DNA from: Takakia lepidozioides | Taxonomy: Eukaryota; Plantae; Bryophyta | DNA: 64,000 nucleotides | NCBI GenBank assembly: GCA_030704615.1 | Contig: CM060733.1 | Location: 19,034,001 to 19,098,000, forward strand | Direction: 5' to 3' | Shown here: positions 38,446 through 50,969 of the stretch, one piece after another | Layout of the letters: each line of letters opens with the position of its first letter | How positions within the stretch are numbered: the first letter of the stretch is position 1 | Translations under genes and position numbers: made by a program | Notes under the pieces: generated by a model | What the model saw: only the letters and a program-made list of their open reading frames with translations | The model's database searches: none | Told to the model about the DNA's origin: nothing

Positions 38446-40370
38446 TCAGCATAGACACCAGCAGAGACACGACAATGGCATAGTCGCCAGAAGCTCTAGC
38501 AAACGCACCCCTATCACCCATACGATGCTCAACGTTGCACACTACAGGATCTGGACTGATCAAGGAGTCGTTTCTCCAGAATGTGACCTAGTCGAAACTA
38601 TGTGGTTTGTTGTTGCAATGATGGAAGCGAGAGAACTCGGAAGAAGCTTCACAAATTCGGCTTCAGGGACGAAATCGCTGACAACTCGAGCATTTCTGTC
38701 TCTCTTGTGTTTGTGACTGCAAACTCTACATCTTGCCAGGATGATCTGAAACGGAGTGATCTTACCACCTGGCTCTGCCCAGCTCTCCGAAAGCCTGTTA
38801 GATAATAGAAGCCAGGAAACCTAGAACCTTCACTCCAAAACTTCTTGACTGAATATCGGTGGAACTAGGTAGAGTGCACGCTGCGTGTGGAAAGGGGCGG
38901 GAAGGTTGGTAATAGTAGCAACTCGGAATAGAAAGGGCAGCACGTCGCGCGCCATAGATTTCTAGACGGGCCACCTTCTCTGCCACTTTCACCGCACATA
39001 ATCTCCAGCCTGGCGATTCAATTCGAGATCTTGGCTGCAAGACTTGCCGGTACCGAGCTTAACGCTTCTCAAATGATGTCACCCGCTGAGTGAGCTTGGC
39101 AACTTCCATGGCCTGAACGTTGCCACTGTGCAAGTTAGCTGGGAAGGTGGCGTGCAAGTCAATGACGAACAACCTGGTGAGGACATTTTCCTGCCTTTTC
39201 CTCCCCCAACCCTCCTCGCTTCGGCGTCCTTTCAATGTACTAAGCTAGTGAACCATGGCCAGTTCTAACACCTCCTCTCCATTCTGCAACTGAAACCGTT
39301 CTTGGCTCTTCCATGCTCTTCTGCTCTGAAGTTATCCTTAACTCTAATCTGAACCATCCACTTTCAAATCTAGTTCAGGTTGACAATGGATATCATATCA
39401 CGAGGTACCTGTCCGTCTCTCTTGTTACAAACACCGAAGTGCCCACCAAAACCTTCATCACCACGCTGTTGAGCTAACTTCTACTACGGGGCCTCGACAA
39501 AGTTTGAATAAAATAAGCTTACGTGTTCTCCCTCCACATCGATCACACAGCATTTCTTCAAATCCTATGCTCAAGAATGTTGCCCCTCCGTCCATTCAGT
39601 TTGATCACCCTTTGCACCTCTGCTCCCCGCATTTCTCTCCACTACTTTGAAGAGTCCACACCTGCATCTTTATACCGGAAGCTGGCCTTTCAACAAACGC
39701 ACAACCCAACTAAGGCATCTGAAAGTAAGATCGGGAAGAGCACATCGAAACTCTCTACGTACAAGCTGGGGTCCTCCAGATTCCATGCCCGTACCACCTA
39801 CTTCCCCAGCAACGAAACCAGACCCTCTTCAAGCTCTACATCATCGTCTTCAAAGTACCGCAGGCCTGGCCGTCACCTGCTCCAAAACTTGTAGCCAGCT
39901 TTTCCCAAGCACTGGCCTCCTTTCCTAGAAAACTCGGATGCCCACACTCTTCCGCACATTGGCGAATTGGGCCTTCAACATACAGATGTGACTTTTAACT
40001 CCCAAAATGTATGGGCCTGAGCAGCTCTCCAGCTATCCATTTCACTCCAGGCACTTTGTATTCATCCTAGGGACGTTGTGGTAGTGCAGATATCAGCGTT
40101 CACAGCTTGCCAGTGCTGCTCCATGCTGCATTTTTAAGTCTCTCCTTGTGTACTCCAAAGCCTCTGGTGACTTGGTAGCTTCAGCGACTGTAATAACAGT
40201 GGCGGCTCCGGCATCGTCATCCTCCAGGCGTTTCAGGGCACGCTGAATCTTGTGGTCACATTCAATGATATGCTTCTCAAACTAAGCACTACTTACACAC
40301 AGGTAATCTTGCAAGTGCTAACCCTCAACTCCTACCTTGCACTCACAGGTAAGAGATCATCTCTCTTGAG

Positions 40371-40439
40371 TGATAGAAAACCAACGAACACACTGTTGAC
40401 ACAAAACATGAAAACCAAACCATCACTCTTTAAAACAGT
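40371..40439 (-). repeat. Internal complementary region C' (69 bp)
   Basis: Exact reverse complement of 48754-48822. Confidence 0.95.
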
Positions 40440-40793
40440 TTGGTGTGGGGGTGTTGATGTTTTGATTTCTTGTGTTTGGATCCCCCCCAACACCTGCATG
40501 TTACTGTGCGTCATGTTGGTTTTGTGTGGGCGCTTGCTTTCATAGGGATTAGGCCGGATTTGATCACCGGTCAATCCTAGAGTATGCTGTCGGTGGTGAG
40601 GCTGGAGTGATGACCAGCAAGACCACCAGTGTTTCTTCTATGGTGAGGCTGGGTTGATGACCAGCCAACCATAGGAGTTCTTGCGGTGGATGCAGGTGCA
40701 GGTGCCCTGAGCCATTGGAATATGACCCTTAAACTGCAGCAGGTGCCTACCCGTGTCACTATTAGAATTAGTAATAGAGCCTTATAGTGTCCC

Positions 40794-42650
40794 GTGGGGG
40801 AGGTGCACATTGTGAGTGTCATCACGGAGTTACCCAGAAGTTCTGAGGGGAGTACGGCTACAGGCAGTAGCAGTGAAAGTGGGTTCACCAGACGAGGTGT
40901 TCGTTTCAGACCACCTTCACCTCCACCCTCAACTAGTGCAGAGTCAGACACAGACTCGGAGGCTTCATCAACAGGTGTGCAGTTTCATTCGCCATTGTTG
41001 TGGGACGACATGGAGGAGATGTATGGAGCTACCAAGGGGCCTCGTAGGTACTCTGGAGCTGTGGGCACAATCGAGTTGGATGACTTTATCCAGGAGTTCG
41101 ACAGCTGGTGTGATTTGCAGCAGATGCGCAATCCACAGCTATTCACCCCATTCATGGCGTGGAAGGGACTGTTCCAGCATTTGGAAGGCCCGCCTATGGA
41201 CGATTACCACGAGTTCAGGCGAGGACATGAAGCAGAAATTGAGGAGTGGAGGATGTATTGGTCACCTGACTACGTCTCCATTACTCGAGGCACAACGCGA
41301 CCAGTAGCTGCATCAGTACCAATATCTCCCACTGCCAGCACTAGTAGTGGAGCAAGTAGTGCCGGTACTTCTGTAGGTGGTACCAGTTCAAAAGGTGCTA
41401 CTACTCCTCCTGCCACGACTACAACACATGTGCCTAGATTCAACCCGGTGGTGGAGTTCTTCCAGGAGTTGCGGAGGAACTACTAAGGTGTACGGACAGA
41501 GAAGCTGCGAAGTTTGCAAGACTTCCAACGCAAACCCAGTGAGAGCCTGCGAGAGGCGTACACTCGTATGAGAAGCTTGATAAGTGTGACCCAAGGGGTT
41601 ACTGAAGCTCAGGCAATCCAGTTTTGGTATGGAATTCTGGACAAGGAGCTCAAAAGAAGGGTGCAAGATGCAACCCTGTTACAAGCAGCCCAACCCACAT
41701 TAGCAGATGTGTTTCTGCTGGCTGAGCGGATTGAGCTCAACATGGTGGAGGAGCGAGTTGTTACAATTGGATTTGGCAAGGACATGCCTGCACGGGGCAT
41801 AGCTGTCAGCCCACAGGCACAAGGGACTGCCCAACAGCGTGGTCAGGGGGGCAAGGTTTCCCAACCCAAGTTCCATGGAGCTTACAGGGGACCTCAGGTG
41901 CAGAGGCCCGTGGCATCTTTTGCAGGCCAACAGCAACCAGGGGTGATATGTTGGACATGTGGAGGACCCCATGTCAAGAGAGATTGCCCAGAGAGTGGCA
42001 AAAGGCCGGCACAAACACAGCCTGCACAGTTGCAGTGTGGGCATTGTGGCAAGTATGGGCATGGAGATACCCAGTGTTATGACTTGCATCCTGAGTTGCG
42101 CCCAGGCCAGTTCCAAGGGAACAATGGTGGCCGGGGGCGAGGTGAACCAGCCTAGAGAGGACGAGGTGGTCGGGCACGAGGTGCAGGCCAAAGGCAAGCT
42201 CCACATGGCCAAGGACGCGGAGGTCAGGGTGTTGACCAAGGCATGGCCAATCGGCTTCAGCAGCTAGAGCAAAGGCTCGCTGCCATGGCTATAGCTCAGG
42301 CGGTACCGGCTCCCAGGCGGGATGGTCCACCTCCTGCTCCTGAGGGAGGAGGTAAGGGAGGCATGGGATTCATGTGCGGAGCAGCACTACCACTAGAGCA
42401 GGTGGAGTCTGCTGCAGCCGTGACTCGAGGAGCAGCACGAGTTCCTGAGCCACGAGGTGCAGAGGTGGAGTTGGATCCACAACGTGGGGAGGCAAGCCGT
42501 CAGGCAAGGCTGCCTCAGTCGTTCACCTTGGTGGAGACAGTGTCAACGCCATCCATGGCACCTAGTTCTCGCCCGACTGTTACCGAGGCGGAGGTTTCTA
42601 TGCCATTGGGGAGAACTACACGTGCAGCACTGACACCTGCTGCCAAGGCT
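40794..42650 (+). pseudogene. gag: Gag with two CCHC zinc knuckles
   Basis: ORFs 40794, 41514 and 42243 share one frame across two stops; QRKPSESLREAY, CWTCGGPHVKRDC, CGHCGKYGHGDTQC. Confidence 0.85.
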
Positions 42651-42651
42651 A

Positions 42652-43614
42652 GTGCGGCCGGTGTGGGGGGCAGCTACCTCTGTGTGTCAGGCCCCACTGT
42701 TCTCAGCAACAATGATTGCGACGCCGGGGGTGAGACCAGCTGTAGTGTTCCGACTAGCAGCAACACTCTATGAGAGTGGGGAGGTCACTTCATCTTCTGC
42801 GGAGTTAGTGGAAGGTGTAGTGGCAGAGGGATCCTCGGATTTGAGGGTCAAGACTGCCACGGCTGCGCCCTGGCAAGCTGCAGCTGTCAGGTTGACGGAG
42901 CTGCCAGCTAGGCCAGCCTTTGAGCGCGCCATGGTGACACCTGGAGTTGTCTTGTTAGACAACCAGGGAGGCATTTTCACTTTGAGTGGACCGGCAGGTA
43001 AGAAGTACCAGCCACTGCGGGTCTTGTTGGACTCGGGAGCTCAGCCACTGATGTTGGGCAGAGCTGCTATTGCAGGTTTGGGCCTCATGGAGGCGGATAT
43101 GGAGCCTTGTCCTTTCCAGATACAGACATCTTTGGGAGGATCAGAGCAGGCTCGGGGCATGACACGGCATCAGTTGGCCATTAGACTGCAGCCGGATCAT
43201 CCTATCGATGGCTCAGTAATGCGAGCCAAGGCCATTATGACAGACGCAGTCTCTTACGATGTCCTCGTTGGTGGGGCAGTGTTATACCCCATGGGCTTCA
43301 CCCTGGACTTTTGGGAGGAGTCAGCATCCTACAGGCCTGGATGGCAGTCAGGCGATGGTCGCCGTGCACAGCTCCCTGTGACATTCATTGGGGGTATAGC
43401 GGCTGCCCAGCGGGGCAAGATGCCAACACTAGCCACCTTTACAGCTGCAGTTAGTTGGCCTGGAGAGTTGCTGGAAGGCAATGCCCATGCAGAGGATGTG
43501 CCACCTCCAACAGAGCAGGATGACATGCATGGTATGGCGGAGTTGTCTGCCATGGTTGCTCACACTCCATTGTGGGGTACGAGCAAGGATTTGCAGCAGG
43601 TTGCTGATCGATGA
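42652..43614 (+). pseudogene. Aspartic protease region of the polyprotein
   Basis: VLLDSGA active site; DVLVG C-terminal motif. Confidence 0.85.
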
Positions 43615-44991
43615 GTGCAACAAGCCTGGGTAGAGGCTTTTGTTCCGTCAGGAGAGGAGGAGAGTGCGGGTATTGCACCAGGACCACCTCAGTTGTCACC
43701 ATTGGATACCACACCTATTGTGTGGCAGTATCCGGATGAAGGCATTTGCCTTCTGGACTTGTTTGGCGGGATCAGCACCGGATTGGCTGCTGTGCTACAG
43801 GCAGGTGTACGAGTTCGACATTACCTGTATATGGAGAGGGATGAGACTGCACAACGCGTCTCACTGCGCCATGTTGCTCAGTTGGTACAACAATACCCTG
43901 ACTTGTTGCTAGTGTCTGCAGTTCGTGGATACCAACAAGCCTTGCCAGCAGACATTTCTTTGCTGGGGGCGCAGGATTTGGAGCAGGTTGGCTCCATTGA
44001 TCTGGTAGTGGCAGGTTGGCCCTGCCAAAGGCATTCATCAGCCGGGCATGGCAATGGATTGCGAGACTCGAGGACGGGTCTGTTTTGGGAGATGGTGCGG
44101 ATTTTGCGCTACTTGCAGCTTCATCAAGCTGTATCTCCAGCATACATCTTGGAGAATGTACCACTGATGGGTGATTCTCGGGCCAGGGTGATGGCCAGTG
44201 TGTATCAAGTCCGGTCGTGGCTTGGGTCAGCAGTGTTGCTGGATGCAGCTGCAGTGGGGTCACGGGCTCATCGTCCACGGCTTTGGTGGACTAACTTGAT
44301 GCCACCCGCACTACTCAAGCGTGCATTTGATGGGGTGCAGCGGCCAGCACACCTCACCGTGGATGGCATTTTGGACACAGGGAGGCAGTCTCAACGTGTG
44401 AGACACGATGACCGTTCGCCTTTGGCAGTGGTCAACAGGGTGGGTCAACCACGAGCAACATTACCTACACTGCTCAGCTTCCCAGGATCCCATGCTTTTC
44501 GGGATGGTGGACCTAGCCTCATGTGGGATGCTCAGTTGCAGCAGTTAGTGGAGCCTAATGCCGACGAGCGAGAGCGGGCTATGGGGTTTTCCACTGGGAC
44601 CACGGCGGTGCCTTCTCTTTCTGAGGCATCACGGTGTCAGGTGTTGGGGCAAGCAATGGATCTCAATTGTTTGACCTGGATTATCAGCTTGGCTATGGCT
44701 GAGCAACGTAGAGTGCGGAGTGTACTCCCCTTCATGGTCTCTCTGCCTACCGAGACGGTACAGGCAGTGAGTGGGGGCGAGCCGGTGAGGACCACGGGGT
44801 GTAGACATCCATGGCACACGTGGGAGGTGCTCGAGGTCCAAAGGGAGTTGGCAGCCAAGGCAGCTGTGATGGATGAGGTTGGGGATTTTTCTCGGGTTGA
44901 GGAGGTTCTCAATGATGAGATGATGAGGCAGGACGAGGCCTTGTCATTGACTGAGCAGGAAGGGAGTACTGCTCAAGAGGTTGCAGCATAG
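43615..44991 (+). CDS. C5 cytosine DNA methyltransferase domain within the polyprotein
   Basis: Motifs I LDLFGGISTG, IV GWPCQ, VI ILENV, VIII RAHRPRLWWTN, IX ERERAMGF, X LGQAM; same frame as protease and RT. Confidence 0.92.
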   Translation: MQQAWVEAFVPSGEEESAGIAPGPPQLSPLDTTPIVWQYPDEGICLLDLFGGISTGLAAVLQAGVRVRHYLYMERDETAQRVSLRHVAQLVQQYPDLLLVSAVRGYQQALPADISLLGAQDLEQVGSIDLVVAGWPCQRHSSAGHGNGLRDSRTGLFWEMVRILRYLQLHQAVSPAYILENVPLMGDSRARVMASVYQVRSWLGSAVLLDAAAVGSRAHRPRLWWTNLMPPALLKRAFDGVQRPAHLTVDGILDTGRQSQRVRHDDRSPLAVVNRVGQPRATLPTLLSFPGSHAFRDGGPSLMWDAQLQQLVEPNADERERAMGFSTGTTAVPSLSEASRCQVLGQAMDLNCLTWIISLAMAEQRRVRSVLPFMVSLPTETVQAVSGGEPVRTTGCRHPWHTWEVLEVQRELAAKAAVMDEVGDFSRVEEVLNDEMMRQDEALSLTEQEGSTAQEVAA

Positions 44992-45150
44992 CAACCACGG
45001 GACGCGTCTCCTACCTCTAAGTCTGCTGGACTTAAAGTTGCAGTTACGGAGGACAATTGGGAGCCTGACATTGGACCCATTGTCACTGGAGGAGAGAGAC
45101 GACGTATACGGCGGTTCCTGAGGGCTTACAGGAATTGCTTTACCTTCAGT

Positions 45151-47813
45151 TTGAAGGACTTGGGAGCACTGAAGGGTCAAGAGATCCGTATTGAGTTGGC
45201 CACTGACACGCCAATCTTTCGGAGACCCTATAGATACAGTGACATGGAGAGGTCTTTGATTCAGATGAGGACTCAAGATCTCTGGGAGGCAGGTTTGGTG
45301 GAGCTCTCTGGTGGAGAGTATGCTTCAGCCACAGTGATGCCAGCTAAGAAGGATGTCTATGGCAATTGGACGGAGAGACGTATGTGCGGTGATTACCGGC
45401 CTGTAAATCGTCAGACCAAGTCCGATAGGTATGCCATGCCGACACCAGAGGAGATCTTTGATGCCATTGGGCATTCCAAGGTCTTTAGCACATTGGATTT
45501 ACGATCCGGATATCACCAGTTGCCGATCAAGGAGGCGGATAAGCAAATGACGGCATTCTGGGGGATCAATGAGCACGGGAATGATTGCCTATATCAGAGG
45601 CGGTTCTTACCATTTGGGCTTAAAACACTCCCGCTGAGTTTCAAAGAGTCATGGACATGATTCTAGCAGGGGTGGAGTTTGCTCGGTGCTACATAGATGA
45701 CATCATCATCTTTAGTGCTACGGTGGAGGAGCATGAGAGACACCTTCAGGGGGTATTTGAGCGCTTAAGGACGCACGGATTGAAGTTACATCCGGGCAAA
45801 TGCAAGTTTTTCCACAACCAGATTGAGTATCTGGGTCACATGATATATCCTGGAGGATTGGGGGTACATCAGACTAAGGTAGAGTCCATTGCACAGGTTC
45901 CACGCCCCACGGATGTGAGCCGAGTTCGAGCTTTCATGGGGTTAGCAAACTATTACAGACGGTTTGTTAAAGGATTTAGTGCCATTGCAAAGGTTCTAAC
46001 CAAGCTGACCAAGGTGGACCAGGAGTGGCAGTGGGAAGATGAGCAAGAACAAGCTTTTCAAGAGCTCAAGGCGAGGTTGTCCTCGGCGCCCATCTTGAGA
46101 CGACCTATCAGGGGGCGTTCTTTTCAGCTGCATACAGATTGGAGCATGCTGGGGCTTGGAGCGGTGCTCACACAGGTGGATGATGAGGGAAGAGAGTTCG
46201 TAGTGGCTTATGCTAGCCGCTCGAACAACGTTGCAGAGTCTAAGTATAGCTCATATGAGGGAGAATGCTTAGCTGCAGTGTGGGCCGTGGCACACTTCAG
46301 GTGCTATCTATACGACAATCTCTTCACCCTTGTCACGGATCACCAACCACTCAAATGGTTGATGGAGTCAGACAAGCTTACGGGGAAGCTTGCACGGTGG
46401 GCACTCATCCTTCAAGAGTATGACTTTCAGGTGGTGCATCGATCGGGTTTGGTCAATCGCAATGCAGATGGGTTGAGTCGCAATCCATGCACGAGCCAAC
46501 AGGATGACACTGGAGCTCGGTGGCATGGTGAGACGGACGAGGAGATGGTGCCCGGATGGCATGCATCTGCATTTCTGTGTATCTTGGCAGCGGAAGGCCA
46601 GGTTGGACCTGCAACAGGGATGACTGTAGATCAAGTGTCTGAGGACCCTGAGGCCAGCAATGAGCAAGGTGGCGCCAAAGATATACATAAGGATTCAGTT
46701 GTTTTGGACTACCTCCGCACTGGAGACACGGCAGCCACTGTGACTGCCAAGGAGAGGGATCGGATCCTACAACGAGCCAAGAGGTTCAAGTGGGAGGGGA
46801 CACACCTGCTCCGAGTGTGGGAGGATGGTCGAGTGAGGATTGTGCCTCACCCAACACAGCGGGCACGATTAGTGCACCATGCCCATGAGGAGTTGGGGCA
46901 TTTTGGGGTGCGACGCACTCATAGTCTACTGCAGGGGCAGTATTGGTGGCGTGGTATGCACACAGAGGTGCAACAATTTGTGGCTAGGTGCATGGTGTGT
47001 GACAGGGTGCGTGCTTCATTCAACGCCCCTACTCCACAATTGCATCCTCTTCCGATCATGGGATTGGGCTACAGGTGGAGTCTTGACTTCGCAGGGCCGT
47101 TGCCACTGACCATGCGCCACAACAAGTACGTGTTGGTGATGGTGGAGCACTTCTCCAAGTGGATTGAATTGGTTCCATTGCCTAATAAGGCTAGTGAGGG
47201 AGCTGCGTATGCATTCTTGGATTGTGTGCTTAGCCGATTCGGTGCTCCAGCTGAGGTACTCACGGACCAAGGGAGAGAGTTCTTGGGGGAGTTTCAGGCT
47301 TTGTGTGACAAGGTCTTGATAGACCACCGCACCACTTCTCGGGATCATCCTGAGGCCGATGGCTTGGCAGAGAAAGTTGTTCAGACAGTAAAGAGGGGTT
47401 TGCGCAAGTATGGCTTGCAGAAGGGACACCTAGGAGATTGGGACCTTCAGTTACCCTGGTTAGCCATGGGCTACAGGTTCAGCAAGCAAGCATCACTTGC
47501 CTCCTTCTCACCATACTTTCTTCTCTTTGGCCGAGAGCCGGATTTGCCTACATCCATTCGCAGAGAAGCTGCTACAGTTCTTAACCTTGACGATCCGGAC
47601 GTGTGGGCACGTGCATGTGAGCAGCGTGCAGAGTTGTTCAAGAAAGTCATGCCCATGGCTTTTGAGAACCTTGCCATTGCACAACACCGTGATACGTTGA
47701 GGTATGCAACCATACGTGGTGGGGGTTATCGTCCTGGGGTTCGGAGATTCAACCCTGGTGACTATGTCTATGTACAGCAGACTGCTCCTACGACTTTGGA
47801 TGTGACTGCATGA
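45151..47813 (+). pseudogene. pol: Reverse transcriptase, RNase H and DDE integrase
   Basis: RMCGDYR, LDLRSGYHQ, LPFGLK, YIDDII; TDWS and TDHQPL; HHCC finger; SLDF/TDQG/AEK triad; one frameshift near 45625. Confidence 0.95.
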
Positions 47814-47822
47814 CGTGTTATT

Positions 47823-48125
47823 TTGAGGGTTCGAGAGGTCTTGCCCTCAGGCGTCTTGGTCTTGGAGGGTCGGGATGGCATAACTTGGAAGGACCATGTG
47901 CGTAATTGTGCGCCATGTCACCTTCCGAATGTCGATGGCAGGATTGACCCAAACCTGGCAGTGGTATCTGTAGGTTTGAGGTGCATGTTGTGTGGGTTTG
48001 CTAGAGGGGCAGCCACCATGCTGGTGTGTGATCGATGCTTTAGAGGTTGGCATATGGGATGCTTGACTCCACCTCTTGAGATGGTTCCGGATGGGGATTG
48101 GTTATGTCCACATTGCATTGGATAG
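47823..48125 (+). CDS. C-terminal PHD finger (C4HC3) of the integrase
   Basis: CMLC...CDRC...WHMGC...WLCPHC; same frame as the integrase across one TGA. Confidence 0.9.
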   Translation: MRVREVLPSGVLVLEGRDGITWKDHVRNCAPCHLPNVDGRIDPNLAVVSVGLRCMLCGFARGAATMLVCDRCFRGWHMGCLTPPLEMVPDGDWLCPHCIG

Positions 48126-48370
48126 TGGGAGTGGATACAACCATGGAAGGCTAACAAGAAATGCAAGGCCAAGCTACTAGGAGACCTTGAACACACGGGA
48201 TCTTGGCTCAAGTTCACAGATTGCAAGACGGCGACTAACGATGGGGCTACTCTTGTACCCGGCCTCTTGGTTGATAGAGTTTGAGCACGATAGGGACAGT
48301 GATAGAGGACTTAGTACGGCTGTGGCTATTACATCTTGTAGCTATCTGGAGTTAGAGGGACCTATCCACC

Positions 48371-48385
48371 AGCTAGGGGGGCGAT
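48371..48385 (+). other. Polypurine-tract-like motif before B1
   Basis: AGCTAGGGGGGCGAT then TGTG; identical motif at 7762-7776. Confidence 0.7.
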
Positions 48386-48910
48386 TGTGACAGACTACTT
48401 TATTGTGCATATATATGTGTGGTGTGGTTTGGACAGCGATGTAGTTGTGTTGCGATACGTATGCGCACGACATCTATCAAGTTAAATAAGTACAGTGTGA
48501 AACTAGCTAGAATGAAGCTAGTTATTTGTATTTAACACTTGGATTTAGGTCAAGTGTTAAATCAGGTGTCAAGTTTAGTTTGACACCTGACCCGTCTTAT
48601 CTTCACGAGAGCGGCAGTCGCGCGGCTCATCTCTCTCCAGTTGAGCCTGCGCGACCAAGCTCCTGCATGCGTTTAGATTTGAGTGTGCTTATGTAGAGGT
48701 ACAAGTTGTTGTGGGGTGGAGTCCCCATAGCTTGGGGTGCCCCTGGCTCGACTACTGTTTTAAAGAGTGATGGTTTGGTTTTCATGTTTTGTGTCAACAG
48801 TGTGTTCGTTGGTTTTCTATCATTGTGGCAGACTACTTTATTGTGCATATATATGTGTGGTGTGGTTTAGACAACGATGTAGTTGTGTTGCGATACGTAT
48901 GCGCACGACA
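48386..48910 (+). repeat. 3' terminal module B1(48386-48472)-TC-A2(48475-48745)-C(48754-48822)-B2(48824-48910)
   Basis: B1 and B2 are 87 bp, TG...CA, 3 mismatches. Confidence 0.95.
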
Positions 48911-50969
48911 ACTGCAATGTCGCAATGGTACAAAAATGAATAAGGTGAGTGTTGTAATATTGGAAACACTTGCATGGCACTCACATTTCAGAATGCAATG
49001 AAAGGTAAAGCGTGACATGAATACCTTATTTTCGTTGGTCCCAAATGTTGCATCGCAGGATACCACATGGTTGTGTCCCAGGTCGATCATTTTCTGTTTT
49101 TGCCACTCCGTTTATATTCCAATCACGAACTTCAAATCACCCACCACTGGCGTTGTCTCTTCATGGTAGAAGAAGACGCTTTCAGGATTGCTATCGACCC
49201 ACATACGTACACTTTATGCATCATCTGGATGTTTTTTTGTAACTCTCAATCACAAGCTTGTCGGCAATGTTTCTCACGTCGTACTCGAATAAGAAACAAT
49301 CGCGATTCCACTCCATGCCTGGCTGAGACGCACAAGCTTCCTAGAGCTGTTGAGTGTGTTGTGTCATAATCATAGCTGGAGATAGGCCACTGCGAAGACT
49401 ATCGACGATCCACTGTTTCATATCTTGGCTGAGACGAGGGGCATGCACGAATCGCGTAAAATGGGAAGAGGGATCAGCTGAACGATGACATGGCTTTCCT
49501 TTTGCATCCACATGCTGTTTCTGGAAGTATGTGATGATTGCCAACTCTGGATCTAGAAAACACTGGCCAACTTTGAAGCTATACGTACACCCACGTTTGT
49601 ATGACTCTCCGAAATCCGCTGCTTTACGTCTAATTCGCTTGACTGGTTTTTGATTATCAGACTTGAGGACGAGTAGGAGTGTCGGAGGAGGACCAGATTT
49701 GAGTACCATTCTACCGAGCGATTTAGTGCATCCCAAGCACCACTTGTTTCAAAGGGTGACTTACCATGCTATCTTGACCTTTGAATTCATTTGTTTCATT
49801 TGTTGTTCAAATTTGTTCCAAGAAGGGATCTTATAGCATTGCTGCTATCGGTTTTTCTTTCTTCTTCACAATCGGCGGGTCCGTGCGCCTAAATACCGGG
49901 CCGTAGCAGCAGTGGTACCTGCAAAGAAAGCATACAAAGCGAGGAGGGTTATCGCCATATACGACTTTGGTAGGCTAGCAGAAAGAAGTGGGGCTGGGAA
50001 TGTTATACAACCCTCGTAAGTGACTTACTTATGCCACTGACGATAACTGTTTGCACGCGGTGTCGTCAGATCTGGCAACTCACGGTACCTTCGATCTTGA
50101 ACATAAAATTGGGTCTTCCCATCCACATTACTCCTTTCTCCCTCCAAAAAATCAAGAATGCGAGACCATGGAACGACAGCTACTTCGATGGATATCTGTT
50201 TCCCTTTTCCCTTGGAAACCTGGCGTATCCAACAGAGGTTTGTGTGATTGAAAAGCCCGTCTATGGGCAGCTGTAGGATGCATTTCAAATGAGATACCAA
50301 ATGCTGCAAATGACAGAGTTCTCCCGCCTCGTCTGTCAAACCATTTGATTCCAATGATGTTTTGCGTTCCTCGTCTAGCACCTTCGCGGCAACACACGCC
50401 ATTACCGGCAACAGTACCACCAGTACAGTACAAATCGCAGAACACACACGGGCAACGCAGCGGAGCCCTCGGGACCGCACGACGTCTGCGAACCTGGTGA
50501 AAATGACGCACGATGATGGAGTACACGTGGGTTTTGATGTCACCGAATCGTGTAACCCAGGTTTGAATTCAAAATATCTGACACCTCTCGGAGTCCGCCA
50601 ATTTTTGCCGGGCACCAAGGGGCTACACGAACAGGGGTGACATGCGTTGGGGATAAATGATGGGGTGACACGAGCTAGGAGTGACACGATCGGGGGTTAC
50701 ACGGAGGGGATTGACACAATATCAGGGTTCCATGGTGGGGTTACATGGTGAGAGTTACACAATGAGGGTTACACGAGGCGGAGTTACAAGGGCTGACGTA
50801 TAGAGGGTTACAGGGATGATGGGGTTACACGAGGAACTGGAGTTACACGGAGAGGGATACATGGGATAACATGATACAAGCTTGCATTGGGGTTACACGA
50901 TGCGGGTTACATATGGTGGGGATTACATGGGATCACATAATGGGAGGGTTACATGATGCGGGATAACAT

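Noticed and set aside
43615-44991. Bacterial restriction-modification methyltransferase or contamination
   Set aside because: The domain is in frame within a retroelement polyprotein nested among spliced plant genes, with no endonuclease partner
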